Shown here one piece after another: positions 46,462 through 56,076 of a stretch of DNA of 64,000 bases. A program made the position numbers and the translations under genes. The DNA is from an uncultured virus (IMG/VR IMGVR_UViG_3300032050_000088). Taxonomy: Duplodnaviria; Heunggongvirae; Uroviricota; Caudoviricetes. The stretch lies in IMG/VR virus record IMGVR_UViG_3300032050_000088. One strand, 5' to 3'. The notes beneath the pieces are model-generated. The model searched no databases, was not told where the DNA came from, and worked only from the letters and a program-made list of their open reading frames with translations. How positions within the stretch are numbered: the stretch's first letter is position 1; the number at the start of each line of letters is the position of its first letter.

Positions 46462-46532
46462 TTTGATATAAATACGGCACAAAGTTGAAAAATAAATAGG
46501 TTTTTTAATTTTTTTTTGTAGTATTTATAGAT

Positions 46533-47573
46533 ATGAAAGTTTTATTGTCTGAAGAACAGTTAAAAACATTAATTAAGGAGGATTTGGGGGTGTCAAGGGC
46601 ATCTTTGGCTTATGCTAATTTAATTTATCAAACATTAGAATCAAAAGCGGTTGAATTCATGGAATTAAGAAATGAATCTCAAGAAAAAATTGTTATCAGT
46701 TTACAAGATATGTCAAGAATTTATCAATCCAGTATGGATGACTATATTGAGTTACCTGTTGAAAAAATCGAGATTAATTTTATTTGTAGTAAGATTCCGA
46801 AAGGTAATAAAAATATTAAATTCACATCAGGAGGTGGTTTTGAATCAATAGACAAAAAATCTTTTGGTGGTTCTTATTTAAAAGAACCGTCATTAGAATT
46901 ACCAAAATATGTTTTAGAGGAAGTTACACAAACTTTAGTTGCTAAATTTAGTTTGTATTTCAAATTGAGTTCAGATTTTAGTGACGAATTTAAAGATAAG
47001 GCACTATATGATTTGAGAGATACGATAATACATGAATGTAACCATCTTTTTGAAAGTTATAAAAGAGCCGAGTCAGGAGCAAAACAATTCAACGTTTCTT
47101 TAAGCTGGGTAGGGGGTAAAAATTATAATGTTAATAGAGAAATATTCAAAATCTGGCAAGAATTTCTTGATATGATTTATTATTCAGAGCCATATGAAAT
47201 AAATGCCAAATCACAAGAAGCGGTAAGTCAAACATCTATCATGTCATTCGATGAATTCAAAAAAACCAAATTTTGGCAAGATTCATCAGTTATGAAAAAT
47301 TTTAACTCAGAATTATATATTGATAAATTATTGAGTAAAATTCAAGAAGTAAATCCTGAAAAAACCATATCTATCTTAAATAATCTATATAAATGGTTCA
47401 TGACGGATTATTATAAATGGATGAAAGTTCATGGTGAGTCTCCTGCCAGATACATTGAAAAAACAACAGGGTTGTTTGACTTAGTTAAGAAGTTTAAAAG
47501 TAGAATTAACAAAGCTGGTGACAAATTACAGAGAAATTACATGAGACTGTATACTTTGGACCTCGAAAAATAA
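46533..47573 (+). CDS. HEXXH zincin-like protein with MKVLLSEEQL leader
   Basis: IHECNH...EPYEINA; paralog of 1313. Confidence 0.7.
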   Translation: MKVLLSEEQLKTLIKEDLGVSRASLAYANLIYQTLESKAVEFMELRNESQEKIVISLQDMSRIYQSSMDDYIELPVEKIEINFICSKIPKGNKNIKFTSGGGFESIDKKSFGGSYLKEPSLELPKYVLEEVTQTLVAKFSLYFKLSSDFSDEFKDKALYDLRDTIIHECNHLFESYKRAESGAKQFNVSLSWVGGKNYNVNREIFKIWQEFLDMIYYSEPYEINAKSQEAVSQTSIMSFDEFKKTKFWQDSSVMKNFNSELYIDKLLSKIQEVNPEKTISILNNLYKWFMTDYYKWMKVHGESPARYIEKTTGLFDLVKKFKSRINKAGDKLQRNYMRLYTLDLEK

Positions 47574-47658
47574 TCACATTGTCATATAATTTAATGATAA
47601 ACTGACATTTTGTCAGTTTTTTTGTTTTGGCACATTAATTAATAATGTAGATTCGGAG

Positions 47659-47687
47659 TTGACTCCATAAAAGTTTTTTAATATACT
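47659..47687 (+). promoter_or_regulatory. sigma70-like promoter TTGACT-17-TATACT for dnaK
   Basis: Exact spacing. Confidence 0.6.
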
Positions 47688-47717
47688 TTAAAAAAAATAA
47701 AAATAATTTTTTAAACT

Positions 47718-49595
47718 ATGGGTAAAATTATAGGTATTGATTTAGGAACAACAAATTCGTGTGTTGCCGTTATGGAAAATGGTGAACCTGTTGTGATTAC
47801 AAACAGTGAAGGAAAAAGAACCACCCCTTCGATTGTTGGTTTTTCAAATGGTGGTGAGAGAAAGGTTGGTGACCCGGCAAAACGTCAAGCGGTTACAAAT
47901 CCTGATAAAACAGTTTACTCTATTAAGCGTTTTATGGGTGCAAGCTTTGATGAAAGTAAAAAAGAAATCAAGCGTGTTCCTTATAAAGTGGTTAAGGGTG
48001 AAGGTAACACTCCTCGTGTTCAAATTGAGGATAAGAAGTATTCTGCTCAGGAAATCTCGGCGATGGTTCTTCAGAAAATGAAGCAAACTGCTGAAGATTA
48101 TTTGGGGGAAACTGTGACCGATGCGGTTATTACAGTACCCGCGTATTTCAATGATGCTCAACGTCAAGCAACAAAAGAAGCTGGTGAAATTGCGGGTCTA
48201 ACTGTTAAACGTATCATCAACGAACCAACCGCAGCTGCACTTGCCTATGGTCTTGACAAAAAAGGTCAGGATATGAAAGTTGTTGTGTTCGACTGTGGTG
48301 GTGGTACTCATGACGTATCAGTTCTTGAACTTGGTGACGGCGTATTTGAAGTTTTGTCAACTGACGGTGATACTCACCTCGGTGGTGATGACTTTGACCA
48401 AGCAATTATTGATTGGTTGGCAAAAGAGTTCCAAGATGAAAATGGAGTTGATTTGACAAAAGACCCGATGGCTCTTCAGCGTCTTCGTGAAGGTGCTGAA
48501 AAGGCAAAGATTGAATTGTCATCTTCACCATCAACAGAAGTCAATCTACCTTACATTATGCCGGTAGATGGTATGCCAAAACACTTGGTTCGTACATTGA
48601 CAAAGGCTAAGTTCGAGCAGTTGGTTGATAGTTTGGTACAACGTACAATTGCACCATGTAAATCAGCTTTGAAGAACGCAGGTTTGAAACCAAAAGACAT
48701 CGATGAAGTTATCTTGGTTGGAGGTTCGACTAGAATTCCGGCAATCCAAGAGGCTGTTAAAAAGTTCTTCGGTAAAGAACCATCAAAAGGAGTTAACCCT
48801 GATGAAGTTGTTGCGCTTGGTGCGGCAATTCAAGGAGGAGTACTCGCAGGTGATGTAAAAGACGTATTGTTGTTGGATGTAACACCACTTTCACTTGGTA
48901 TTGAAACAATGGGTGGAGTTTTCACAAAACTTATTGAGTCTAACACAACAATTCCGACTAAAAAGTCACAAATTTTCTCAACGGCAGTTGATAACCAACC
49001 ATCAGTAGAAATTCACGTTCTACAGGGAGAAAGAGCAATGGCTCAAGACAATAGAACAATTGGTCGTTTCTTCCTTGATGGACTTCCAACGGCAATGAGA
49101 GGAGTTCCACAAATCGAAGTAACTTTTGACATCGATGCAAACGGTATCATTAATGTTTCTGCCAAAGACAAAGCGACTGACAAAGAACAATCAATCCGTA
49201 TCGAAAGTTCAACTGGACTTTCTAAGGAGGAAATTGAACAAATGAAGCGTGACGCTGAGTTAAATGCTGAGTCAGACGCTAAAGCTCGTGAAAATGTTGA
49301 CATTATGAATCAAGGAGATTCAATGGCATTCCAAACTGAAAAGACTTTAAAAGATTTGGATGAGAAAATGACCGATGAGCAAAAAACTCAACTATCTGAG
49401 GCCTTATCCGAATTAAAAACCGCTTTGGAAGAAAAGGAAGTTGAGAAAGTTAGAGACGCGACGGCAAAAGTTGCAATAACCTCTCAAACAATCACTCAAT
49501 CAATTTATAGTCAGACCGCTTCTGAAGGTACTGGTGACGAACCTACTAATGAAGAAGTATCTGATGTAGATTTTGAGGAAGTTGAACCTAAGTAA
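47718..49595 (+). CDS. dnaK: Hsp70 chaperone DnaK
   Basis: [34 protein letters not shown], full length. Confidence 0.98.
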   Translation: MGKIIGIDLGTTNSCVAVMENGEPVVITNSEGKRTTPSIVGFSNGGERKVGDPAKRQAVTNPDKTVYSIKRFMGASFDESKKEIKRVPYKVVKGEGNTPRVQIEDKKYSAQEISAMVLQKMKQTAEDYLGETVTDAVITVPAYFNDAQRQATKEAGEIAGLTVKRIINEPTAAALAYGLDKKGQDMKVVVFDCGGGTHDVSVLELGDGVFEVLSTDGDTHLGGDDFDQAIIDWLAKEFQDENGVDLTKDPMALQRLREGAEKAKIELSSSPSTEVNLPYIMPVDGMPKHLVRTLTKAKFEQLVDSLVQRTIAPCKSALKNAGLKPKDIDEVILVGGSTRIPAIQEAVKKFFGKEPSKGVNPDEVVALGAAIQGGVLAGDVKDVLLLDVTPLSLGIETMGGVFTKLIESNTTIPTKKSQIFSTAVDNQPSVEIHVLQGERAMAQDNRTIGRFFLDGLPTAMRGVPQIEVTFDIDANGIINVSAKDKATDKEQSIRIESSTGLSKEEIEQMKRDAELNAESDAKARENVDIMNQGDSMAFQTEKTLKDLDEKMTDEQKTQLSEALSELKTALEEKEVEKVRDATAKVAITSQTITQSIYSQTASEGTGDEPTNEEVSDVDFEEVEPK

Positions 49596-49610
49596 TCGTA
49601 GAAAAATGTT

Positions 49611-49637
49611 AAAATCCCCACCTAAGTGGGGATTTTT
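49611..49637 (+). terminator. intrinsic terminator
   Basis: AAAATCCCCAC/GTGGGGATTTT. Confidence 0.8.
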
Positions 49638-49652
49638 GTTTATATTTGTACT

Positions 49653-49793
49653 ATGAATAAAATAACAAGAAAATACGAAACCGAGGACACAATCTCAATT
49701 TGGACTTATGACTTGGATAAATTCAAGAATGGTCCGATATCGGTTGAGATAATCGATAAGAAGCCCGAACCTGTTAAGAAAAAACGAAAATAA
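49653..49793 (+). CDS. small hypothetical protein (46 aa), not in ORF track
   Basis: TATATTTG 4 nt before the ATG; followed by a hairpin. Confidence 0.6.
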   Translation: MNKITRKYETEDTISIWTYDLDKFKNGPISVEIIDKKPEPVKKKRK

Positions 49794-49821
49794 AAAACCC
49801 CACTTAAAGGTGGGGTTAATT

Positions 49822-50103
49822 TTATTCGGAATCCTCTTCTTTCTTTTTTCCTCGTCTTGCTGTGAATTTATCCACACTAGCCAAACCTAAACAACCAAAC
49901 GCCAATAAAGCAACTGCGTCGACCAAATATTCGGCGGGAGCAACATCCACAGTTGAAAAGCTATTGTGATACATAGTTAGACACAACGCAACCGCGCATC
50001 CCATACCAACAATTCTTTTTGATGATGGATTACCTTTCTCATCGTTAAAAATACCTTTCAACCATAGAATGGCTTCAACAAATAAAGCAACAATTTTTTT
50101 CAT
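49822..50103 (-). CDS. small membrane protein, holin-like
   Basis: SSKR motif, two TM, charged C-tail. Confidence 0.5.
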   Translation of the reverse strand: MKKIVALFVEAILWLKGIFNDEKGNPSSKRIVGMGCAVALCLTMYHNSFSTVDVAPAEYLVDAVALLAFGCLGLASVDKFTARRGKKKEEDSE

Positions 50104-50124
50104 TTTTTCAGTTTTAGTTTTAGT

Positions 50125-50253
50125 TTATTTTCTTCCTTGACCTTTGTAAGCTTTGGGTTTCTCTTCTTTTGGACCATACTTTCTTTTAGATTTTCCTTTT
50201 TTACGAGTACCAAAAGTTTCTTTAGACCCAACAGCACTACCTGATTTTGCCAT
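50125..50253 (-). CDS. small basic protein ending YKGQGRK (42 aa), not in ORF track
   Basis: MAKSGSAVGSKETFGTRKKGKSKRK...; TATTTAT upstream. Confidence 0.65.
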   Translation of the reverse strand: MAKSGSAVGSKETFGTRKKGKSKRKYGPKEEKPKAYKGQGRK

Positions 50254-50302
50254 AATTTTTATTTTTTAGATAATTTATTTATTATATAAATATTCGGGCA
50301 AC

Positions 50303-50334
50303 AAAAAAGGGGACAGTAGCGAACTTCCCCTTTT
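50303..50334 (-). terminator. intrinsic terminator
   Basis: Minus strand AAAAGGGGA...TCCCCTTTTTT. Confidence 0.7.
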
Positions 50335-50377
50335 CCTGTTATGTAACATAACGGTCCTAAGACTCCTCTTTCGAGGT

Positions 50378-50908
50378 TTATTTTCCTTTAACTAAGACTA
50401 AACATCTCTTTAAATATTCCTTTGCTCTCGGAGATGGAGTATATTCATCATCCTTAGTTTGAAGTGCTAGAACCCTTTCAATGTCCTTAACTAATTCGGT
50501 TCCATGTTCATTTTCCTTATAAAGTTCAATAACCTTATCCATTGCTTTATGACATTCACCAGATGTTTCGTCATAGTAGTTTTTGTTTCTGAACTTATTT
50601 AAATTATTCATCATTTCATATGATAAATGAGCTCCACCATCAGTGATATCTTTAAACAATCTCAAATTATTTAAAATACCTAAAGTATCAACCATTGAAT
50701 TAACACCTCTTTTTCTTTTTGTCACTCCTGGAGAATATAAATCATAATCACCGGCTTCACCAACAAGTTCAGTTAATGGAATAGAATTGGTGGTCATACA
50801 TTTTGGTTTAGATTCTTGAGTTTCTTTAGAATCCATTCCCATTTCTTCTATCAGGTGTTGTCTGATTATTTTTCTAAGTTCACCTTCGTTTATCGTAATT
50901 CTTTTCAT
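50378..50908 (-). CDS. hypothetical protein with MKRITINEGEL leader
   Basis: Leader motif, TATTTAT upstream. Confidence 0.8.
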   Translation of the reverse strand: MKRITINEGELRKIIRQHLIEEMGMDSKETQESKPKCMTTNSIPLTELVGEAGDYDLYSPGVTKRKRGVNSMVDTLGILNNLRLFKDITDGGAHLSYEMMNNLNKFRNKNYYDETSGECHKAMDKVIELYKENEHGTELVKDIERVLALQTKDDEYTPSPRAKEYLKRCLVLVKGK

Positions 50909-51017
50909 GACAATTTTATTTATAAATATTATTTGACTGTGAATTATTCTTCGATAACAATATTTATATTAAAAGTATTTTAGACTCGTTCTATAAAAAG
51001 TAAATTATAAACCATGA

Positions 51018-51242
51018 GTGATGGAGATAGTAAAATCAACTTGGAGGAAAATTTTTGTGGGGAACCTATCGGTAAAGTTTTTGATGTTGGGAATGTTCTT
51101 CAACCCTTTCGGTTTCGATTTGGTTCAATATCAACTTATTTTACTAACAGGAAATTTGTGGAACGCAAATTTAGTTTTGTATTTTATTTCGGCCTTTTTC
51201 TTTGGTCTATCTTTTTTATCTCAAAAATTTTCATCTAAATAA
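51018..51242 (+). CDS. small membrane protein
   Basis: Two hydrophobic segments, FFNPFGFD. Confidence 0.6.
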   Translation: MMEIVKSTWRKIFVGNLSVKFLMLGMFFNPFGFDLVQYQLILLTGNLWNANLVLYFISAFFFGLSFLSQKFSSK

Positions 51243-51243
51243 A

Positions 51244-51456
51244 TTAACTATTTTCTGATTCATCATTAGATTCGGAAACATTATTTGGTATGATTTGTTG
51301 TAACCAAATGTCAAAAATTAAATAATAAATCCACCATGTGATATTGTCTAATGGGTGTTGTTGGGGGTTTATTGAATTCATAATTAAACCACCAACTACT
51401 CTATAACATACGTATAATCTAATTACAACTAGAAATATCATCAAAAATTTTTTCAT
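51244..51456 (-). CDS. small membrane protein
   Basis: Hydrophobic; TATATTTG upstream. Confidence 0.6.
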   Translation of the reverse strand: MKKFLMIFLVVIRLYVCYRVVGGLIMNSINPQQHPLDNITWWIYYLIFDIWLQQIIPNNVSESNDESENS

Positions 51457-51508
51457 AGGAAATTTATTTGATACAAATATAGGGATATTTATTTAAAAAA
51501 CATACCAC

Positions 51509-51913
51509 ATGAATAAAATTATAAGATTGACAGAATCAGATTTGAAAAGAATTATTGAGATGGTTACCGCTCAGATGAATGAAGGTATCATATATGAAGA
51601 TGAATATGGAAGTGTGGTTGAGACAGACTTTGAATCTACCGATGTTTTAAATGAAGCCGAGTATAAGGGTAGAAAAGTGCAACTTGGTAAAATCATGCAA
51701 GGTGATATTAAAAAGTTTAAAGTTTATGTTAAGAACGACAAAGGAAAAGTTGTTAAGGTAAACTTTGGATTTGGTGGTAAGTCGGCAAAAGGAAAAAGAA
51801 TGACAATCAAGAAAAATAATCCTGAAAGAAGAAAATCTTTTAGAGCGAGACACAATTGCGACAATCCTGGGCCAAGATGGAAACCAAGATATTGGGCTTG
51901 TAGAACTTGGTAA
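51509..51913 (+). CDS. leader + basic C-terminal domain (DUF6321-like)
   Basis: MNKIIRLTESDL; KVNFG...RRKSFRARHNC...RYWAC..W. Confidence 0.7.
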   Translation: MNKIIRLTESDLKRIIEMVTAQMNEGIIYEDEYGSVVETDFESTDVLNEAEYKGRKVQLGKIMQGDIKKFKVYVKNDKGKVVKVNFGFGGKSAKGKRMTIKKNNPERRKSFRARHNCDNPGPRWKPRYWACRTW

Positions 51914-52921
51914 TTATTTATCGTATCTTTTACGGGCGTTTTCTGTTATGAAAACAAAATCAGAGTATTTGAATGACTCAAGATTTTTTGAATTGGTGTA
52001 AGACATTGCCGACCTCAAATAATCTTTAAAGTTTTCAGTCCAACCCATTAATGTGTATTCGACTTTATTCATCCGATGGACACCCTCGGATGTTTTAATT
52101 TTACCTCTACCCCATTTTTTCTGTACTTCTTTTGTACTCATACCTCTAAACTTTTTGTATAAATACTTTCTCATAAACGGATACTTTTCCCAAATTTTAA
52201 TTGCTCGTTCTTTGGATAATTTAAACTTACCAAACAACAGAGTGTCTGAACATGATTCCAAAGATTTATTCAACATACCTCCTAACATTACATAGTCAGC
52301 GCCCAAAGCGAGAGCTTTAATAATGTCATCGTAATTTCTGAAGCCTCCATCTGCGACAATTTTAGAATTATAACCCCATTGTTTTTTAATTTCAAAACAT
52401 TCCTTAATTAAGGATGCCATTGGATAATGGACACCAGTATTTGCCGATGTTAAACAACCACTACCACCACCGATACCAACACGAATATATTTTACACCAA
52501 TCTCGGCGAATTTTTCATATGTTTTTGGGTTGGCAATATTACCAATCATTAATTCACCATATGGGTATTGTTCCATAAACTTTTTGGATAAATTGTATAG
52601 TTTTTCCATATGACCGTTGGCAATATCAACCAGTATTTTTGGTAGTACCGAACACTTGGTATTTATTAATTTCTCAAATTCATCTAATGATATCGATTTG
52701 AAACCTGTATAAGTTGGTTCCATTCCCCTTGGATAACATAGAACCATGTTTTCTTGCCAAAAATCGATAGAACTTGTGTAATCAATAACTGTATCCATTG
52801 GTGATACCATAAGGGGTAAATGTTTAGAATCTGTCAAAATATTAATCTCACTACGAGACGAAATTGATGAGATGGTTTCAGGAACCAATGTGATATCTTT
52901 GAAATCGAACTTTTTATCCAT
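51914..52921 (-). CDS. IMP dehydrogenase / GMP reductase family protein
   Basis: SPMDTV, VDIANGH, VGIGGGSGCLT, ADGG, KALALGADYVMLG, FRGMS; upstream TTGACC-17-TATATT. Confidence 0.9.
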   Translation of the reverse strand: MDKKFDFKDITLVPETISSISSRSEINILTDSKHLPLMVSPMDTVIDYTSSIDFWQENMVLCYPRGMEPTYTGFKSISLDEFEKLINTKCSVLPKILVDIANGHMEKLYNLSKKFMEQYPYGELMIGNIANPKTYEKFAEIGVKYIRVGIGGGSGCLTSANTGVHYPMASLIKECFEIKKQWGYNSKIVADGGFRNYDDIIKALALGADYVMLGGMLNKSLESCSDTLLFGKFKLSKERAIKIWEKYPFMRKYLYKKFRGMSTKEVQKKWGRGKIKTSEGVHRMNKVEYTLMGWTENFKDYLRSAMSYTNSKNLESFKYSDFVFITENARKRYDK

Positions 52922-52984
52922 ATTATTTGTTTAACACTAAAATATAAGTGAAAAATTATTATCGGTCAAAGAGTATTTATTGAT

Positions 52985-53986
52985 ATGTTAAGTGAAAAAG
53001 CGATAGATAGGATTAATGGTCTATTAAAAGATAATACTTTCAATTATACCGGGGAACTTATACAAAATTTAAACGGTAATATTAATTTCAAGATTGAGTT
53101 ATTGGGTTATAGAAATATGATAAGAGTTGGTGAGCCATACCCACACATGAGGGTAAAAATAACTATTACCGATATCAAAGATAGAGTTAGTAGACTTGTC
53201 CTTTTACAACTTAGAAAAGTAGAAAAGGAAGATATATTACGTCATTTAGATAGAAATATGTGGACGTTCAAACGTGGAGTTCAAAATTACTTATCTTCGG
53301 TGCTCCAATTCTTCGACACAGAAAATTATGAAAATGTTGTTATTGATGAATTTGTTTTTGATTATGATATTGACGAGGATGAACTTTTAAGAGAACAAAA
53401 AGTACCCAATTTGGCGGTTAGAACTGTAATTAGAGATATTGTAACGGTTTTAAAATCAGGTAAAACAGATGAAATTATGTTACCTTATGACTTAAATGGT
53501 CAAGAAAGTTATGAGATAATGAATTTTCCTGAGTTTGATGTTTTTTTAGACATAAGACAGGTCGATTTTGAAGAAATTAAGTCAGGTGCTGACTTTTTTA
53601 TACAGTCAAGTTACGTTTCTGAAGGACAACAATTACAAATTTTAATTCAGTATGTACCTGAGAGGCTACAAAAATCATTACATTCTATAGTTGGAAATCT
53701 TAATGACGATATCGCACATGAATTACAGCATTTAAGACAGGATGTTGAGGGTAGACTTGATATTACTGATTATAGAGGTTCTAATGTTGGATATTTTTTA
53801 CAACCGAACGAAATTGAATCACAATATAGGGGACTCAAAAGAAAATCAAAAATTATGGGATTACCTATGATTGATGTTGTTGATGATTGGTTTGAAAATA
53901 ACTCAAAAAGATTTAGATTATCTGATAAAGATGTTGCAAAGATAAAATCTGCAATTATGAAATATCCTAAGAAGAAAATCTCTTAA
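52985..53986 (+). CDS. protein with C-terminal HEXXH zincin-like domain
   Basis: AHELQHLRQ...YFLQPNEIE. Confidence 0.65.
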   Translation: MLSEKAIDRINGLLKDNTFNYTGELIQNLNGNINFKIELLGYRNMIRVGEPYPHMRVKITITDIKDRVSRLVLLQLRKVEKEDILRHLDRNMWTFKRGVQNYLSSVLQFFDTENYENVVIDEFVFDYDIDEDELLREQKVPNLAVRTVIRDIVTVLKSGKTDEIMLPYDLNGQESYEIMNFPEFDVFLDIRQVDFEEIKSGADFFIQSSYVSEGQQLQILIQYVPERLQKSLHSIVGNLNDDIAHELQHLRQDVEGRLDITDYRGSNVGYFLQPNEIESQYRGLKRKSKIMGLPMIDVVDDWFENNSKRFRLSDKDVAKIKSAIMKYPKKKIS

Positions 53987-54596
53987 TTATTTTACTAATT
54001 GAATTTCTAAGTCCTATTGAAGATACAGTTAGTAGTCCAGAAGTTAACAATCTATCTGAAATTTCTTTTACAGTAGAACTGTCAATTTCACCACTTGTTG
54101 CATATTGAGCTAAATAAAATAAAATCGGAGCTAAAAAAGCGTAAGACATTAAGTTTGTCACTTTATATAAATGTAGATTTAGGCTTTCCATGAAACTTAT
54201 AAAGGCATCCTTAAATTCCTGACTTTTATATAATGCCATTTTGAATGGTTCCTCTAAACCTTTTTCTTTAATAACCTCAATAATTTTTTTAACTTTTGAT
54301 TTGTTGTCTTGGAAATATATTGCAATAACTCCAAGTAAAACTATACTTAATTCCGCGTCAGATAGTCCCGAATAGTTACCACGTATAAATCTTGATAAAG
54401 GTTCAATTAAACCACCAATAGTTGCTCCCCACGATATCAAAATATTAAAATGACCCCCAAATTCTTTTGAAGTTTCCTCAATAATATTTTTAACAGTTTC
54501 GTAATTAGTTTTTAAAACACCAATCAATTCATCGGCGATTGATTCAGTGATTAAAACTTTTTTTTGACTTTCGTTTATTACTACAGTTAATTTCAT
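53967..54596 (-). CDS. hydrophobic protein with MKLTVVINESQ leader
   Basis: Start moved to 54596, behind TATTTAT. Confidence 0.7.
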   Translation of the reverse strand: MKLTVVINESQKKVLITESIADELIGVLKTNYETVKNIIEETSKEFGGHFNILISWGATIGGLIEPLSRFIRGNYSGLSDAELSIVLLGVIAIYFQDNKSKVKKIIEVIKEKGLEEPFKMALYKSQEFKDAFISFMESLNLHLYKVTNLMSYAFLAPILFYLAQYATSGEIDSSTVKEISDRLLTSGLLTVSSIGLRNSISKIIKRFSS

Positions 54597-54640
54597 ACAA
54601 TAATAAATACTTGAAATATATTTATTGTTAAAGTCAAAAT

Positions 54641-55243
54641 ATGATAAATCCAAAATTAAAGGTGGGAGATAGGGTCCAAATATTACATATGGAGGATGAA
54701 ATGGATATAATCCCCATGGGGACGTGGGGAACTGTGGAGAGAGTTTCTAATGTAATGGATGAGGACATTTATGGTGTTAAATGGGATAATGGTAAAACTT
54801 TAAACATTTTGTCAACTACAGATGTTTGGGACACCGAAGAAAATAGAGGTAAATTCAAAAAGAAAAAAATAACCGAATCAGGTGAAATTGAAAGACACAA
54901 CGCTTTGTACGGTAATTTGGATGTGTTTGCCAATTTTAAAATGAGATACTTAAACGAGTATTTAAGAAAAGTTAGAGAGTGTGGTGCGGTAAATATGTTT
55001 ACCGCAGCTTCATTTCTTTACATGGGAAGAGACCGAATGGAACATATGTTTGCTTATCAGGATATTGACAGTGAAATATGTGAAGAGGTTTTGGATATGG
55101 CAAACATGGCACAACATGAAATGGTGTCAGGGGTTATTAAGGTTTTAGAAAGCGAAGGTAAAGAAGTTGAGTTGAATAAAATTAATAGATATCTCCAAAG
55201 ATATTCTCAAAAAGTTTTAGATAGTTACATGCATCTATTCTGA
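54641..55243 (+). CDS. DUF4314-like domain protein
   Basis: GDRV...M.D...P.GT.GTV...V.WDNG..L. Confidence 0.6.
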   Translation: MINPKLKVGDRVQILHMEDEMDIIPMGTWGTVERVSNVMDEDIYGVKWDNGKTLNILSTTDVWDTEENRGKFKKKKITESGEIERHNALYGNLDVFANFKMRYLNEYLRKVRECGAVNMFTAASFLYMGRDRMEHMFAYQDIDSEICEEVLDMANMAQHEMVSGVIKVLESEGKEVELNKINRYLQRYSQKVLDSYMHLF

Positions 55244-55522
55244 GTAATAAGATATTTTATCATTATCAGGAATAGGAGTTATATTTAAATCTAAAAAAAC
55301 AGGATTTTGTTCTCCGGCGTAAAGACCCAAAATATTATAGTCATAAAATTCTTCAGCTTCGCTCATAGTCATACCATCTCTGACCATTAAAATATTCAAA
55401 ATTTTTTCTTTTGAATATAAAATTCTTCTACCGTTAAAATCCTCAACAATACCAATAATCGCATTATCTAAATCTGAAAGTAAGACAGCACCTTCAGCGT
55501 ATTCATTAATATCTACTATCAT
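55235..55522 (-). CDS. hypothetical phage protein
   Basis: D.AIIG...EAEEF..YNI.G.YAGE..P.F. Confidence 0.7.
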   Translation of the reverse strand: MIVDINEYAEGAVLLSDLDNAIIGIVEDFNGRRILYSKEKILNILMVRDGMTMSEAEEFYDYNILGLYAGEQNPVFLDLNITPIPDNDKISYYSE

Positions 55523-56016
55523 TTTTTTATATATTCGTTAAAATCAATCGCCGTGTTATCCTTATCACTTATAATTAATTGGTGGTTACCAAGTAATGAC
55601 TCAACTCTTTTTCTAACTCCCGGTATACTAGTCCAATGAATTGATACTTCATGTTCTTTTGAATAAATCTCATCAACAAAATAACTAACTATGGTACCTG
55701 ATTCTAATGTTAAAAATCCGTGAGCGTAATTTTTTGGGACAAATAAACTTTCACCTTCGGATAATTCATAAACTTCAACTTCACCTACATTTTCTCCGGT
55801 CAAACTAACAATAATATCAACAATTTTACCTTTAATAACAGTAACATGTTTAGATTGTCTTCGTGGTCCTACCTGAAAATGTAACCCTCTCCATGTAAAT
55901 GGATTATCATTAATACTTAAATTAGATTGAATCCAATTGTCTTCTAACTTAGTTGGAACAAATGACCCTCTATTATCTTTATAAATTGGTTGAGTAGATT
56001 TTTTTGGAGTTTTCAT
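55519..56016 (-). CDS. rmlC: dTDP-4-dehydrorhamnose 3,5-epimerase
   Basis: DNRG.F, RGLHFQ, Q.K.V, P..YAHGFLTL, SDKD. Confidence 0.9.
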   Translation of the reverse strand: MKTPKKSTQPIYKDNRGSFVPTKLEDNWIQSNLSINDNPFTWRGLHFQVGPRRQSKHVTVIKGKIVDIIVSLTGENVGEVEVYELSEGESLFVPKNYAHGFLTLESGTIVSYFVDEIYSKEHEVSIHWTSIPGVRKRVESLLGNHQLIISDKDNTAIDFNEYIKK

Positions 56017-56076
56017 GTATAAAATATAAAAAATAATTTCACATCAATCAATATATTTATTTAGAAAAACAAAACT

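Noticed and set aside
47806..49303. Alternative-frame and antisense ORFs inside dnaK (and similar ones inside the kinase, nusG, rmlD, RNA ligase and adhesin genes)
   Set aside because: Fully nested in well-supported genes, with no motifs or promoter signals.
51014..51238. 74-aa ORF overlapping 51018..51242
   Set aside because: Same span in another frame; 51018 gives the more coherent two-TM protein. The choice is tentative.
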